Source of the DNA: Reclinomonas americana ATCC 50394
Lineage: Eukaryota
DNA: 64,000 nucleotides
Assembly (NCBI GenBank): GCA_048213135.1
Contig: PS015421.1
Coordinates: forward strand, 1 to 64,000
Direction of reading: 5' to 3'
The translations under genes were made by a program, and so were the position numbers. Shown piece by piece: positions 1 to 12,563 of this stretch. Numbering within the stretch: position 1 is the stretch's first letter; each line of letters begins with the position of its first letter. The notes beneath the pieces were generated by a model, which did no database searches, was not told the origin of the DNA, and worked only from the letters and a program-made list of their open reading frames with translations.

Positions 1-264
1 TATGAGCAAGAAGGAGAGAGATGATTGTGAATGAAAAAAGGCACCTTGAGTCGACTCAACACAGGCTCCCACTCAATCACACGATTGCGCGGGTTGCTCA
101 TGGAGAGCAGTGTCTGCTTGAGGTTGGGCGGCATCGAGTCCAACACACTGCTCGGGGGAATGCTCGTCGCCTGTTTGCTTGTGTGTGAGAGAGAGACAGT
201 GGAAACGGCTCTGGGTGCCGCACACAGAGAGACTGGGAGAGGGAGAGGACAACGCAACAGACAT
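1..264 (-). CDS. Hypothetical protein, 5' part (runs off window)
   Basis: ATG TCT|gttgcgt intron ...acag|ATSIPPSSVLDSMPPNLKQTLLSMSNPRNRVIEWEPVLSRLK|gt. No motif recognised. Confidence 0.35.
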
Positions 265-583
265 GGAGCTCACATCGCCCAGTGACACACGCGTGGGTGG
301 CGATGGAGGAGGCACGGGCACGCTCATTGGTTTCGAATTGATTGAGGTAACGCACTTAGGTGACTCATGTCACATCAGATTGCAATATTTCGCACTTGTT
401 TCACTTTTTCATGGCGGCCAACAAAGGGCCATACAACAGAGGCAGAGCAGAACAGATAATAATAAGTAGACAATGAGAAGCGGGAGAGAGAGAGGAGGGG
501 TCGTCCATGAGACGAAAAGAGAGAGTAATTGAGTGAAATCAAAACTGTAGGGTTGGTGAGTGGCTCATGGAAATCGCGTGGTT

Positions 584-3504
584 TCACATGGAGCCGGAGT
601 GCGACAGGACTCCCATGGAGAGGGAGCGTGCGCGCGATGCAGGCGAGAAGCCGCCACTGCCACCACCGCCGCCACCACCACAGGATGGTGGAGGCGGGGG
701 CGGGTTGCCCCACAGTTGGCGCTCCTCGCGCTTGTGTGCGGCACAGTGCGCCTTGAAGCGCGCATCAAACATGGTGGTGTAACTACCCTGGCACAGGTCC
801 TGTGTGTGCGTGCACAAGAATGAGTGTCACAACGCTGCGGGCAAAAGGGAGCGAGAGAACGCAACAGGATGTGACGAGTGGAACTGGCGGTAGCCACCCT
901 GCAGCAGGAACAGCTGCGGGAAGTGCAGCAGCGGGTAACGCTGCACGTTGACTGTGCGATCCCAGTTGCGCAAGTGCTTCCACAGACGAGGTGCGCGGTG
1001 CGTTGAATACTCGCAGTGGAGCACCACACAGCGCGGACGTGGGTGCATGGAGAGCGGAACAAAAAAGAAGTCCTCAAAATCGTGCTTGTGACCGAGATTC
1101 CGTGCACCCTCAATGTGGCCGCCCTCGAACTCATACGGGTATCGGCAGTCGATGATCAAAATCTCGTCGCGGTTCAGAGTCGGCACGCCACCGCTCAACA
1201 TCAAGGCCAACTGCAACAAGGTGAGAAAAATGGAAGAAAATCCCTGCTCTTTCTTTCTCTTTCTCTCTCTCACACACAAACCGTCTCGGGCCGAATGGTC
1301 ACGCACGCCTTGTCGTTCAAGAACGAATCCACCATGGCGGGCTCCGGCTCCTCCAGATCCGACTCATGACTGCACAAATCAGAAGAATACCGGTCAGAAT
1401 ACAGAAGAAACAGGGAAACAGGTCACTGCGTGACACACGCACCCCGAATCACACGAGGCCAGCGAGTCTGGAGGGTCGCACGACGCCGTCAAATGGCGCA
1501 TTGCGCCAAAGGTGACGGTGTTGACCGAGGCGGCATGGCGGCGCTGTCGTCGTCGCGCAGCGCGGTTCACATGCAGCATGCCATCGTCATCCTGCACGTA
1601 GCCGCAGCCATTGTCGTCGCCAAACTCATCGTCGTCGTCGTCGTCGTACACGCCCAGATCGTCCACCTCACTGGCCGGACGACGCATCACACCATCCCCA
1701 CCAGCGGCAGAGGCGGCGCCCGAAGAAATATGTGCGCCACCGCTGCGCATGGTCGGGACATCACCGCCGCTNNNNNNNNNNNNNNNNNNNNNNNNNNNNN
1801 NNNNNNNNNNNNNNNNNNNNNNNNNNNNNNNNNNNNNNNNNNNNNNNNNNNNNNNNNNNNNNNNNNNNNNNNNNNNNNNNNNNNNNNNNNNNNNNNNNNN
1901 NNNNNNNNNNNNNNNNNNNNNNNNNNNNNNNNNNNNNNNNNNNNNNNNNNNNNNNNNNNNNNNNNNNNNNNNNNNNNNNNNNNNNNNNNNNNNNNNNNNN
2001 NNNNNNNNNNNNNNNNNNNNNNNNNNNNNNNNNNNNNNNNNNNNNNNNNNNNNNNNNNNNNNNNNNNNNNNNNNNNNNNNNNNNNNNNNNNNNNNNNNNN
2101 NNNNNNNNNNNNNNNNNNNNNNNNNNNNNNNNNNNNNNNNNNNNNNNNNNNNNNNNNNNNNNNNNNNNNNNNNNNNNNNNNNNNNNNNNNNNNNNNNNNN
2201 NNNNNNNNNNNNNNNNNNNNNNNNNNNNNNNNNNNNNNNNNNNNNNNNNNNNNNNNNNNNNNNNNNNNNNNNNNNNNNNNNNNNNNNNNNNNNNNNNNNN
2301 NNNNNNNNNNNNNNNNNNNNNNNNNNNNNNNNNNNNNNNNNNNNNNNNNNNNNNNNNNNNNNNNNNNNNNNNNNNNNNNNNNNNNNNNNNNNNNNNNNNN
2401 NNNNNNNNNNNNNNNNNNNNNNNNNNNNNNNNNNNNNNNNNNNNNNNNNNNNNNNNNNNNNNNNNNNNNNNNNNNNNNNNNNNNNNNNNNNNNNNNNNNN
2501 NNNNNNNNNNNNNNNNNNNNNNNNCGGCGACGACGGCGGTGCATGAGCACGTCGTCGTGCTCGTCTTCGTCTTCCACCTCCTCGTCAATACGCACAGTCA
2601 ATGTCGAGGCCACTGCAACGGTGTTATTGGAGGCGGCGGCGACAACTCGGTTAGCAGCACGTCCACCACCACCACTGCTGCTGCTGCTGCTGCTAGTGGA
2701 GGAGCTGGCGCTCTTGCCGTCGACACACGAGTCGAAGCGCTCAATGAGCGAGGAGCTGGGCGAGTGCAGGCCTCCACACACCACCAAGGCGGCGGTGCGA
2801 CGGCGATGCTGTTGCGGCGAGGTGCCGGCCGAGCGGTATGGTCTGCGCACAGCCAGGGGCGCCACCATCGGCAGCCCATGCTCATCCTCGTCCTCCTCCG
2901 CCACCTCAGCCTCCATGCGCGCATCTCCGCTCGGATTCTCACCCGGCGCAACCGCGGCATCATCATCATCATCGTCGTCCTCGTCCAGCAAACGCCGAGG
3001 CCGCGGCGCCGATGGCGGTGTGTGTATGATGCTGATCGGGCGCTGCTGCTGCTGCTGTTGCTGCACCACAGTGGCAGCAGGTTGCTGACGCGGTCTCAAC
3101 ATGACCGGCGACGGCGACTGCGCCAAGTGCAGCGTCGACAGCGAGCGCGCCATGCCCGTGACCGGCGACTGCGGGTCGTCCAGGCGTCCCGCAGCGGCGG
3201 CATTGGCAGTCAGCAGCACGCGCACAGAGAGCGGCGAGGCGAGCGGTGGTGGCATGATCGAGTCGAGCGCGGCGGACACATTCGCAGCAATTGTGCCGCG
3301 TCGCCGGCGCTCCTGGCTCCACACCACGTCGTCCTCGTCGGGGGCGCCGTCTCTGGACGAGGCCGTGGAGAAGGCATCATGCTGCAGGTCCACCGAGGGC
3401 GGCGACACAGCAGAAGAAGCAGGCGGTGGCGAGTTGGCGGTGATGAATTGGAGACTATTGGGTGTCTTGGCGCGTTTGGGTGGGTTTGGGCGGCCGTCTG
3501 CCAT
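584..3504 (-). CDS. CDC25: Cdc25-family dual-specificity phosphatase (multi-exon, spans gap)
   Basis: Rhodanese domain LIIDCRYPYEFEGGHIEGARN, active-site loop HCEYSTHRAP, DR...YPLLHFPQLFLLQGGYRQF. Long low-complexity SP-rich N-terminal region. Confidence 0.9.
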
Positions 3505-4809
3505 GTGCGTGATGTGAGTGGGACACTTGCAGAGGGTGGGAGCCTCCTGTTCGTCCTCGGCGGCGGCAGCAAGTGACGTTGCGGTCGAGCGCGCGACGAG
3601 AAGAACAACTGGATGCGCCGAGGCACCGCGACTCAATGCTGTAAGGAGAGAAGAGAAGAGAGAGGTGTGAATGCAGGTTCTCGCACACAACCAGACACGC
3701 ACACGCACGCACCCCACTCGCAGAACACACACGCAACAAGAAAAAGAATTAAAAAAACGGAACGAATGGGGAATACAAATTTCCAATTGTGCTTGTCGCC
3801 AAATTTCGCAACGGCCATGTTTTNNNNNNNNNNNNNNNNNNNNNNNNNNNNNNNNNNNNNNNNNNNNNNNNNNNNNNNNNNNNNNNNNNNNNNNNNNNNN
3901 NNNNNNNNNNNNNNNNNNNNNNNNNNNNNNNNNNNNNNNNNNNNNNNNNNNNNNNNNNNNNNNNNNNNNNNNNNNNNNNNNNNNNNNNNNNNNNNNNNNN
4001 NNNNNNNNNNNNNNNNNNNNNNNNNNNNNNNNNNNNNNNNNNNNNNNNNNNNNNNNNNNNNNNNNNNNNNNNNNNNNNNNNNNNNNNNNNNNNNNNNNNN
4101 NNNNNNNNNNNNNNNNNNNNNNNNNNNNNNNNNNNNNNNNNNNNNNNNNNNNNNNNNNNNNNNNNNNNNNNNNNNNNNNNNNNNNNNNNNNNNNNNNNNN
4201 NNNNNNNNNNNNNNNNNNNNNNNNNNNNNNNNNNNNNNNNNNNNNNNNNNNNNNNNNNNNNNNNNNNNNNNNNNNNNNNNNNNNNNNNNNNNNNNNNNNN
4301 NNNNNNNNNNNNNNNNNNNNNNNNNNNNNNNNNNNNNNNNNNNNNNNNNNNNNNNNNNNNNNNNNNNNNNNNNNNNNNNNNNNNNNNNNNNNNNNNNNNN
4401 NNNNNNNNNNNNNNNNNNNNNNNNNNNNNNNNNNNNNNNNNNNNNNNNNNNNNNNNNNNNNNNNNNNNNNNNNNNNNNNNNNNNNNNNNNNNNNNNNNNN
4501 NNNNNNNNNNNNNNNNNNNNNNNNNNNNNNNNNNNNNNNNNNNNNNNNNNNNNNNNNNNNNNNNNNNNNNNNNNNNNNNNNNNNNNNNNNNNNNNNNNNN
4601 NNNNNNNNNNNNNNNNNNNNNNNNNNNNNNNNNNNNNNNNNNNNNNNNNNNNNNNNNNNNNNNNNNNNNNNNNNNNNNNNNNNNNNNNNNNNNNNNNNNN
4701 NNNNNNNNNNNNNNNNNNNNNNNNNNNNNNNNNNNNNNNNNNNNNNNNNNNNNNNNNNNNNNNNNNNNNNNNNNNNNNNNNNNNNNNNNNNNNNNNNNNN
4801 NNNNNNNNN

Positions 4810-5400
4810 CTCTCTCATCAAACAACAAAGAAAAAGTCTCTCACAAGGAGGCACGCAACGAGAGAGATTGAGATCCATGGCTTGTGCGAGTGGCGACGGG
4901 GGTGTGAGAGTGATGAGCTCACAGTGACTGTACAAGGGGAAAAACGTCTCGCGACGGCGACTCGTCGTGTTTGCTCACAACGCACGCACACACACGTGTG
5001 TCTGTCTGTCTGTGTGCGTGCAAAATGGGCGCAAATGTGCGAGAAAGAGACAGCAGGGGAGAAGACTGTGCGTGCGTGTGCTCTCCTGTGCTCCACAAGT
5101 GACGGGTGAAAAACGAAACGTAGCAATGATTGAAGCCACGATTCATCATCGTCTCAAACTGCAGTCCGTCTGCCCTCGCACCCTGCTGCGCCTCATTGAA
5201 TGAGATGCGGAAGTCGTCGCATCCCTGCAATCGAAGGCATCTCGTGTGGATGGAGAGAGAGTGAGAGAGGGAGCGACATGCTTGAGATGATCGCCGTCAG
5301 TTGTCTATCGATGGTGTGCGCAGCGCGGGAGGTGAATCGCAGCTGCTGCTGCTGCACATATCGCCGGTGTGGCAATGACGAATCGCTGTCTTCCTTCCAT
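4810..5400 (-). CDS. Hypothetical multi-exon protein, 3' end lost in gap
   Basis: Consistent GT-AG splicing gives MEGRQRF|TTDGDHLKH|GCDDFRISFNEAQQGARADGLQFETMMNRGFNHCY|. No family recognised. Confidence 0.3.
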
Positions 5401-5540
5401 ACATCTCCACGACGCACAACGACGAGATCAAACAACACGGCCAGCAGAGTTTTCACTGCAGGCACAGTGTTGTGGGGAAAAAAACACACACAATCGATCA
5501 TCGCCAGGAGGGAAAGCAGCCGCCGCCACCGCCTCTGCGT

Positions 5541-7060
5541 CTACTTCAGGTGCTTGAACAGCTCAGGAGCCGTCTGTGTGCATCGGAGGAGTGAGTGAGA
5601 ACGCCCAATTGCACGACGGGCAGATTCAAAGGAACGTGTGAGAAACAACTGCAGTGGTCAAAGCACAAGGGAGGGAGAGCAAGCCACAGACCAGATCAGT
5701 GAATGAGCGCGCCGTGCGTGCATGCGAAGCACGACGGACAGCGATACGAAAAGAAGGAAAAAAGAGATTCAACTGCAAGCACTGCAGAAGCGAGGGAAGC
5801 AGCCACGAGAGGTGCCAAAGATAAGATGCCGTGATGAGCAATTCCAACGCCGAGCACATGAGAAGCACGATCGCGGCAGAGATACCAAAAGAAAAACAGA
5901 GGAGAATGAGATATGCAGTTGCAGTGATCGGTCAAAGGAGAGCAGCCATGAGAGACACAGATGAGAGACGATAATGCGTCGTGCATGGAATGAGAAGCAG
6001 ATACCCAAAGAACGACACTGACGAGCATGAGAATCCAGCTGCAGTGGTCGAAGCAGAAGCGAGGCATGAGAGGTCCCACAGATCAGCAGCTGCATGATGA
6101 GCAATTCCAGCGCCGAGCACATGAGAAGCACGATCGCGGCAGAGATACGAAAAAACCAACAGAAGAGAATGAGAATCCATTGAAGCAGAAGCAAGAGAGC
6201 AGACACACAGAGATGAGAGATGATAATGCGCATGGAATGAGAAACACGATCGCGGCAGCGATACGAAAAGAACAACAAGAGAATGATGATCCAGCTGCAG
6301 TGGTGGAAGCAGAAGCGAGGGGGGGCAGACACACACAGATCAGAGACGACTATGCCGCAAGCAACTCCGCGTGAACAACAGATATCCAAAGAACGAGCAT
6401 GAGAAATGCAACAGCAGTGACCAAGCACAAGTGAGGCATGAGAGGTCCCACAGATCCGTGCTGAGCAATTCCAACGCCCATCAGCAAAGCACCGAGGAAA
6501 AGCACAGCTCCGCGGGGTACGCAATCCAATCTCCTTCCACAATCAAGGAATACGATGCAATCACGAACCAATACCCGCACACAATAGACACAGACAGACA
6601 GGCAGCAAGACAGCCAGAAAGAATGACTAGGAAGAGGAGAAGAAGATGCTGCATTTTTGTGCAAAAAACGATACGCAACATGCGAGTCGATGCACTTCCA
6701 CAAATCCTGCAGCGCTCTGCACACACACACACACACACACAAAGTCAGCGATGCTCACTCTCTCTCACTGCTCACACTGTCTCTGTGAATGTGCGAGTGA
6801 CGCACCCACTGCAGTCTCCATGTGCACCCGCATTCACACGCTCCTCGCACGAGGCCAGTGATTTCCGGAACACGTGGCAGTGCTTCTCCTCGTTGTGCGT
6901 GTCGAGTGCCGCCTTGGGATCCTGCACAGACACACACAAAGAGCGTCATTTACCGCGACATGGCCCAAAAACACACTCTTCCCCACGACACACAACGAGC
7001 AATGAAGTGCGGAGAGAGTGCGTGAGAGAGAGCAACATGCAAAAGGCACACACTCACCAT
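5541..7060 (-). CDS. QCR6: Cytochrome b-c1 complex subunit 6 (hinge protein), 4 exons, about 62 aa
   Basis: Spliced product M|DPKAALDTHNEEKHCHVFRKSLASCEERVNAGAHGDCSG|ALQDLWKCIDSH|TAPELFKHLK* matches the hinge pattern DP..C..CxERV..DC..D..C.D..A..LF..LK. Confidence 0.88.
5700..6480. repeat. Degenerate tandem duplications inside the 1.1-kb QCR6 intron (5574-6679)
   Basis: gatgagcaattccaRcgccgagcacatgagaagcacgatcgcggcagagatac at about 5833 and 6096; gaggcatgagaggtcccacagatc at about 6061 and 6433. Confidence 0.8.
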
Positions 7061-7149
7061 CGTTGCGACGTTGGTTGCAAGTGAGTGTGGGACAAATGTT
7101 GACGTCATCATCGCTTTTTGTTGCAGAAAGAGCTCACTCATCAACCTCC

Positions 7150-7217
7150 ATGTCTGCTGCGTTTGCCCGTGCCAATGAGCTCTTTGTAGACGAGGACTAC
7201 GAAGGCGCACTGGAGAA
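7150..7217 (+). CDS. SGT1: SGT1/SUGT1 co-chaperone, exon 1
   Basis: MSAAFARANELFVDEDYEGALEK, a typical SGT1 TPR start. Donor AA|gttgagt, followed by a gap. Confidence 0.75.
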
Positions 7218-8417
7218 GTTGAGTTGTCACTTGCCAAAAAAAGCTCTCTTCTTTCGCTGTCTCTCTCTCTCTGTGTCTGTGTGTGTCTGCGTGCGTGTCT
7301 TTCTTGTCATGNNNNNNNNNNNNNNNNNNNNNNNNNNNNNNNNNNNNNNNNNNNNNNNNNNNNNNNNNNNNNNNNNNNNNNNNNNNNNNNNNNNNNNNNN
7401 NNNNNNNNNNNNNNNNNNNNNNNNNNNNNNNNNNNNNNNNNNNNNNNNNNNNNNNNNNNNNNNNNNNNNNNNNNNNNNNNNNNNNNNNNNNNNNNNNNNN
7501 NNNNNNNNNNNNNNNNNNNNNNNNNNNNNNNNNNNNNNNNNNNNNNNNNNNNNNNNNNNNNNNNNNNNNNNNNNNNNNNNNNNNNNNNNNNNNNNNNNNN
7601 NNNNNNNNNNNNNNNNNNNNNNNNNNNNNNNNNNNNNNNNNNNNNNNNNNNNNNNNNNNNNNNNNNNNNNNNNNNNNNNNNNNNNNNNNNNNNNNNNNNN
7701 NNNNNNNNNNNNNNNNNNNNNNNNNNNNNNNNNNNNNNNNNNNNNNNNNNNNNNNNNNNNNNNNNNNNNNNNNNNNNNNNNNNNNNNNNNNNNNNNNNNN
7801 NNNNNNNNNNNNNNNNNNNNNNNNNNNNNNNNNNNNNNNNNNNNNNNNNNNNNNNNNNNNNNNNNNNNNNNNNNNNNNNNNNNNNNNNNNNNNNNNNNNN
7901 NNNNNNNNNNNNNNNNNNNNNNNNNNNNNNNNNNNNNNNNNNNNNNNNNNNNNNNNNNNNNNNNNNNNNNNNNNNNNNNNNNNNNNNNNNNNNNNNNNNN
8001 NNNNNNNNNNNNNNNNNNNNNNNNNNNNNNNNNNNNNNNNNNNNNNNNNNNNNNNNNNNNNNNNNNNNNNNNNNACCTCGAGGCGATACATGAGCATGTA
8101 CAGGAGTGATCAGAGATCATGACAGGCGCGGACACGAGCACAGAAACAGAACGAATCGACAACTGTGCAAGAATTGTCACAAGGTGGTACTGTGCACAAG
8201 GTGGAGAAACGAGCACCAATACAACTCGTGACACGAGTGCGTACAGGAGTGAATAGACATGGTGGCAGGCGCGGAGACGAGAACAACGATCCTGAGGTGG
8301 AAGGATACCGAGAGACAACTTGCGACGATGCGCAGGAGTCGTTAAGAGTTGAGTACACGAAGACGAGTAGTGATTCTACGACTCAAGCCGTGGTGGACTG
8401 CTCTCCAGCCGACGAAA

Positions 8418-8706
8418 CTATCCAACTCGGCATCACACTTGCGAATCCACGTGCGCGCCATCGACGACTCCTCAATCGCATTCGCTCGCTGGAAGCACTG
8501 CCGCGCCTCCGCATACGCCGCCTTTTCAAACAACGCCACGCTGAACCACAAAACAAAGAGAGACATGAGAGGAGAAGAAGGGAGACTTGTGAGTGAGAGA
8601 AGAAGATGAGCACTGACGAGCTCAACAAACAAACCCTTTCTTCAGCAACGCCTGCTGCGAATTCGGCTCCAATCGCAACGCGTGATCGGCATCGATCACC
8701 GCCTCT
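8418..8706 (-). CDS. SGT1: SGT1 TPR-domain exons (on an apparently inverted contig)
   Basis: EAVIDADHALRLEPNSQQALLKKG|VALFEKAAYAEARQCFQRANAIEESSMARTWIRKCDAEL. WIRKC is the SGT1 TPR terminus. Confidence 0.8.
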
Positions 8707-8839
8707 GACAAACACGCACAATCAGTGACTGCTTTCTTTTGCGCTCTCTATGTCTCTCTGTATGTTCACAATCACTCTCAGCTCACAATCTCTCACTCTC
8801 ACTCTCTCTCTTTGCTTATCTTTCTCTTTCTCTCATTCT

Positions 8840-8904
<65 letters not shown>

Positions 8905-8937
8905 NNNNNNNNNNNNNNNNNNNNCACACTCACTGAC

Positions 8938-9197
8938 CAGCACAATGTGGCATGCGGCCAAGTTGGAGTGACACGTCACGTGCTCTGCTGCACTCGGCGC
9001 CACCTCCAGAGCGCGATTGTAGAGATTGATGCAGCGACGAATGGAGGCCGAGTCGTGGCGCTGACGAAAGAGCTCATTGGCCTCGCTCTGCACACAGAGT
9101 GAGAGAGAGAGAGAGAGAGAGGAGGGGAGAGAAGGAGGCAGACTGGAGGCACCTTTAGCTTCTCGAATGCAGCGTGCTTGTCTGCCTCGTCACTCAT
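8938..9197 (-). CDS. TPR protein, N-terminal exons
   Basis: MSDEADKHAAFEKLK|SEANELFRQ...LYNRALEVAP...CHSNLAACHIVL|gt fits the TPR consensus. Confidence 0.7.
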
Positions 9198-9306
9198 GGA
9201 ACGAAAAACGTGGATTTGAATGACAACGAAGCAGGACCTGCACGACGTGTATTCACTTCTTTTCTCTCCTGTTCCTGTACCTGTCACGCGTGGGGAGGCC
9301 ACTGGC

Positions 9307-10362
9307 TTACTTGCCGCGGTTCAGCTCGTTCCACTCGTGCATCTCCATGCCGTCGGGTGCGCTGCCTTCGACCTTTTTCTTGCCGACCTCGTCCCAGTTG
9401 GTGGACAGCACCGTGCCGCCGCTCTCGTACTGCACATGGGGCGAGATGAGTGTGTGCAGTTGGGGGAGGGGAGGGACGCGGCATTTACACACGCAACGTA
9501 GGACTTGAGCATGGCGCGTCGCGTGTCTTCCGTGGCGTTGGCGTAGATACCGGAGAGGAGCTTTTGCAGGGCGGCGTCGCCCTCTGGCTTCTCGTTCTTC
9601 TCCTCCTCCACCACCTGGTGTGCAATGGCGTCAAAGTCGTGGCGCTTGGTCGACGACGACGGATACTTTTTCGGATCAAAGCCCGCGGGCGCTGTGGAGG
9701 ATGCTACGCGATCGAGAGGAGAGGTGAGCGCGAGAGTGGCTGCCAAAGGAAAAAACAACGAGCGGTGTTGTCGCACGCAACATCGCACAACAGACGAGGA
9801 CACGCCTGGCCGTGCATCGGCGGGTCTCTCCAGCCCTGACCACTTCTCGCCGGGGCGCGACTTGTTGAACTTGATCTCGACCTTGGTCGGCAGGAAGCGC
9901 GTGGTCAGCGACGCGGGATCCACCGGCGCGAACAGCGGGTCGGCCTCCATTTGGAACTCGCGACCGTCGCCGAGGCACAGCTCAATGTGCAGCTGTGTGC
10001 GCGCACGTGTCAGTGTGAGTGGGAAGAGAACGACACTGAGGGCGAAAGTACCGTTTCGGAGGTGAGGCGAATGTCAGCCGAGTCGGCGACCACATTCTTG
10101 GCCATCACGTCAACGGTGACGGCGGTCGTCGTCTGGAACCACTCGAAGCGGATCTTGGTCGGGTCCACAATCATGGGCGTCGACGGCGGGTGGATGGCTG
10201 CTGATGCCGGCACGGCACCACGCGGTGCAGCGGGAGCTGGTGCTGCTGGTGCTGGTGCGGCGCTTGCTGTTGTCGTTGTCGTGGTGGTGGTCGTTGTAGC
10301 GGTGGATGAGGAAGCAGGCTTGTCGGTTTCCATCGCCGCAACACCGTCGCCGCCACCGCTGA
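9307..10362 (-). CDS. SGT1: SGT1 CS and SGS domains (on an apparently inverted contig)
   Basis: CS domain [17 protein letters not shown]...TKVEIKFNK...W. SGS domain YPSSS...[61 protein letters not shown]. Confidence 0.93.
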
Positions 10363-10393
10363 CTGTGAAGGGGAGTGGGTGAGACATACAGGG

Positions 10394-10448
<55 letters not shown>

Positions 10449-11068
10449 GAGAGAGAGAGAGTAGAGAGACGACGNNNNNNNNNNNNNNNNNNNNNNNNNN
10501 NNNNNNNNNNNNNNNNNNNNNNNNNNNNNNNNNNNNNNNNNNNNNNNNNNNNNNNNNNNNNNNNNNNNNNNNNNNNNNNNNNNNNNNNNNNNNNNNNNNN
10601 NNNNNNNNNNNNNNNNNNNNNNNNNNNNNNNNNNNNNNNNNNNNNNNNNNNNNNNNNNNNNNNNNNNNNNNNNNNNNNNNNNNNNNNNNNNNNNNNNNNN
10701 NNNNNNNNNNNNNNNNNNNNNNNNNNNNNNNNNNNNNNNNNNNNNNNNNNNNNNNNNNNNNNNNNNNNNNNNNNNNNNNNNNNNNNNNNNNNNNNNNNNN
10801 NNNNNNNNNNNNNNNNNNNNNNNNNNNNNNNNNNNNNNNNNNNNNNNNNNNNNNNNNNNNNNNNNNNNNNNNNNNNNNNNNNNNNNNNNNNNNNNNNNNN
10901 NNNNNNNNNNNNNNNNNNNNNNNNNNNNNNNNNNNNNNNNNNNNNNNNNNNNNNNNNNNNNNNNNNNNNNNNNNNNNNNNNNNNNNNNNNNNNNNNNNNN
11001 NNCGTGTGCGCGTGCATGACAGTGAGAGTGAGAATGAGTGTCACATTTGAGGATGCTTGAGCGTGCAG

Positions 11069-12357
11069 ACCGACTGGGCGTCGGCGATGCGAGCGGCCAG
11101 TGCTGGCGTGGAGGCGTTGAGTGAGTGCAGTGAGCCTCTGGCGCCCATGTTGCGGTGTCGACTGCTGTCGCGCAAGGCTCTGGCGGTGCATCAGTGCAAG
11201 CGACCGAGTGCAGTGCTGCGCGATAGTTGCGTCTGTCTGTCTGTCTGTGTGCCTTCTCAGCTCCACGTGCTGCTGTCGAGTTGACGCGTCTTGACGGGTA
11301 GCGCTGGCCATGCTGAACTCGGTGTTTGAGGACGATGCGGAGGCGCTGTGGGCGTCGGTGGTGCAGCCGTTTCGAGAAAAGGAGCTGGAGTTGTCGTTCT
11401 GGGTGGCGTGGGAGGAATCGCTGCCGCTGTCGACGCTGTCGGTGGCCACGCGACTGGCGATCTGTCGGCAGTGTGTGCGACTTGGCGAGTACGACGAGGA
11501 TGTGGTGCTGAGAGTGGTGGCGGCGGAGATGATGAGTCGGCATGGCGATGAGCTGTCGTTCTCGTTGGATGAGGTGTGCACTGAGCCGCTGCTGGGTGCC
11601 ATGCTGGGCGGCCTCATGGAGCGGTACCCGAACGCGGGCGAGTGGATCGCGTCGGCGTCTCGTGATGCACCCGAGCAGAACATGGTGTACAGTTCCGAGG
11701 CCGACGCCGTCCTCGGCGTGTTTCGACGCATTGTGGATCACGGTGAGCACCTCACCTCCCTCCCCCCCTCTCTCTCTCCCCTCGTGTCTTCTCACTGTTG
11801 GAGAATGGGTGGCAGGCGAGGATCGGCATCGGCAGGTTCTGCAAGACGACCGCCGTTTCGCTCTCATTCTCGGTTTCTACCTCATGTTTTCACTCAACAT
11901 GGCCGAGCCGGCCATGGTGCTGGCACGTCAGCTGGTCGGCCTCGGTCGTTGCGTTGCGCCGTGTGAGTGTTGTTGTAGGTGAGGTTCATGTGCTCACCGT
12001 CGACTGACATGCAGCCGAGTGGAAGCAGCTGCTGGTCGATCTGCACTTTTTCGATCGCATGCGCCACGTGACTGGCCTCGCCCGCACCCCCGACGAGCAG
12101 ATTCAGTTGTACAAACAGTTCCTGTTGGAGATGGGATTCACCGAGGGTGAGGCGCAACGTCGGTTTCTTGTTGTTGTAGTTGTTGTACTTCGTGTGCTCA
12201 TCGCACGGCAGACGTGTTGCCGGAGCGTGCGCCCGTTCAAGACCCACTGCCACCAGCGCGTCCGGTCATGTCGCCGCTGGTACCAATGTCGGTGGAGTTG
12301 GTGCCGGAGCTGCCGGCTGGCCACCCGGCGAGCGAAGACTTCCCCATACCGCGTTGA
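11069..12357 (+). CDS. Probable continuation of the TPR protein (C-terminal exons)
   Basis: Phase-0 acceptor then TDWASAMRAASAGVEAL...LLSRKALA completes the TPR begun at 8938-9197. Five exons, ends DFPIPR*. Confidence 0.6.
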
Positions 12358-12563
12358 CGAAGAAGATTCAGTGAATACGTACCCCCAGCAGCACAAGGAA
12401 GAAGAATCACCATGATCGAGCAGGCGGTTGTCTGGCCAGCATCGACGTGCAGTCGTCGCGACATGATCGATCGTCTTCAGTCTTCACACACAACGCACGC
12501 GGGTTTGTGAGAGCGGAGGCAGCTGCAACAACACTTCCAACGAATAGATTCACAGGGAAAATC

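Noticed and set aside
1430-5109. Very long ORFs spanning N runs (here and elsewhere)
   Set aside because: Artefacts of translating through assembly gaps.
5541-5543. In-frame TAG suggesting stop-codon reassignment
   Set aside because: It is the natural QCR6 stop. TAA, TAG and TGA all end genes here, and the polyQ tracts contain no TAR codons.
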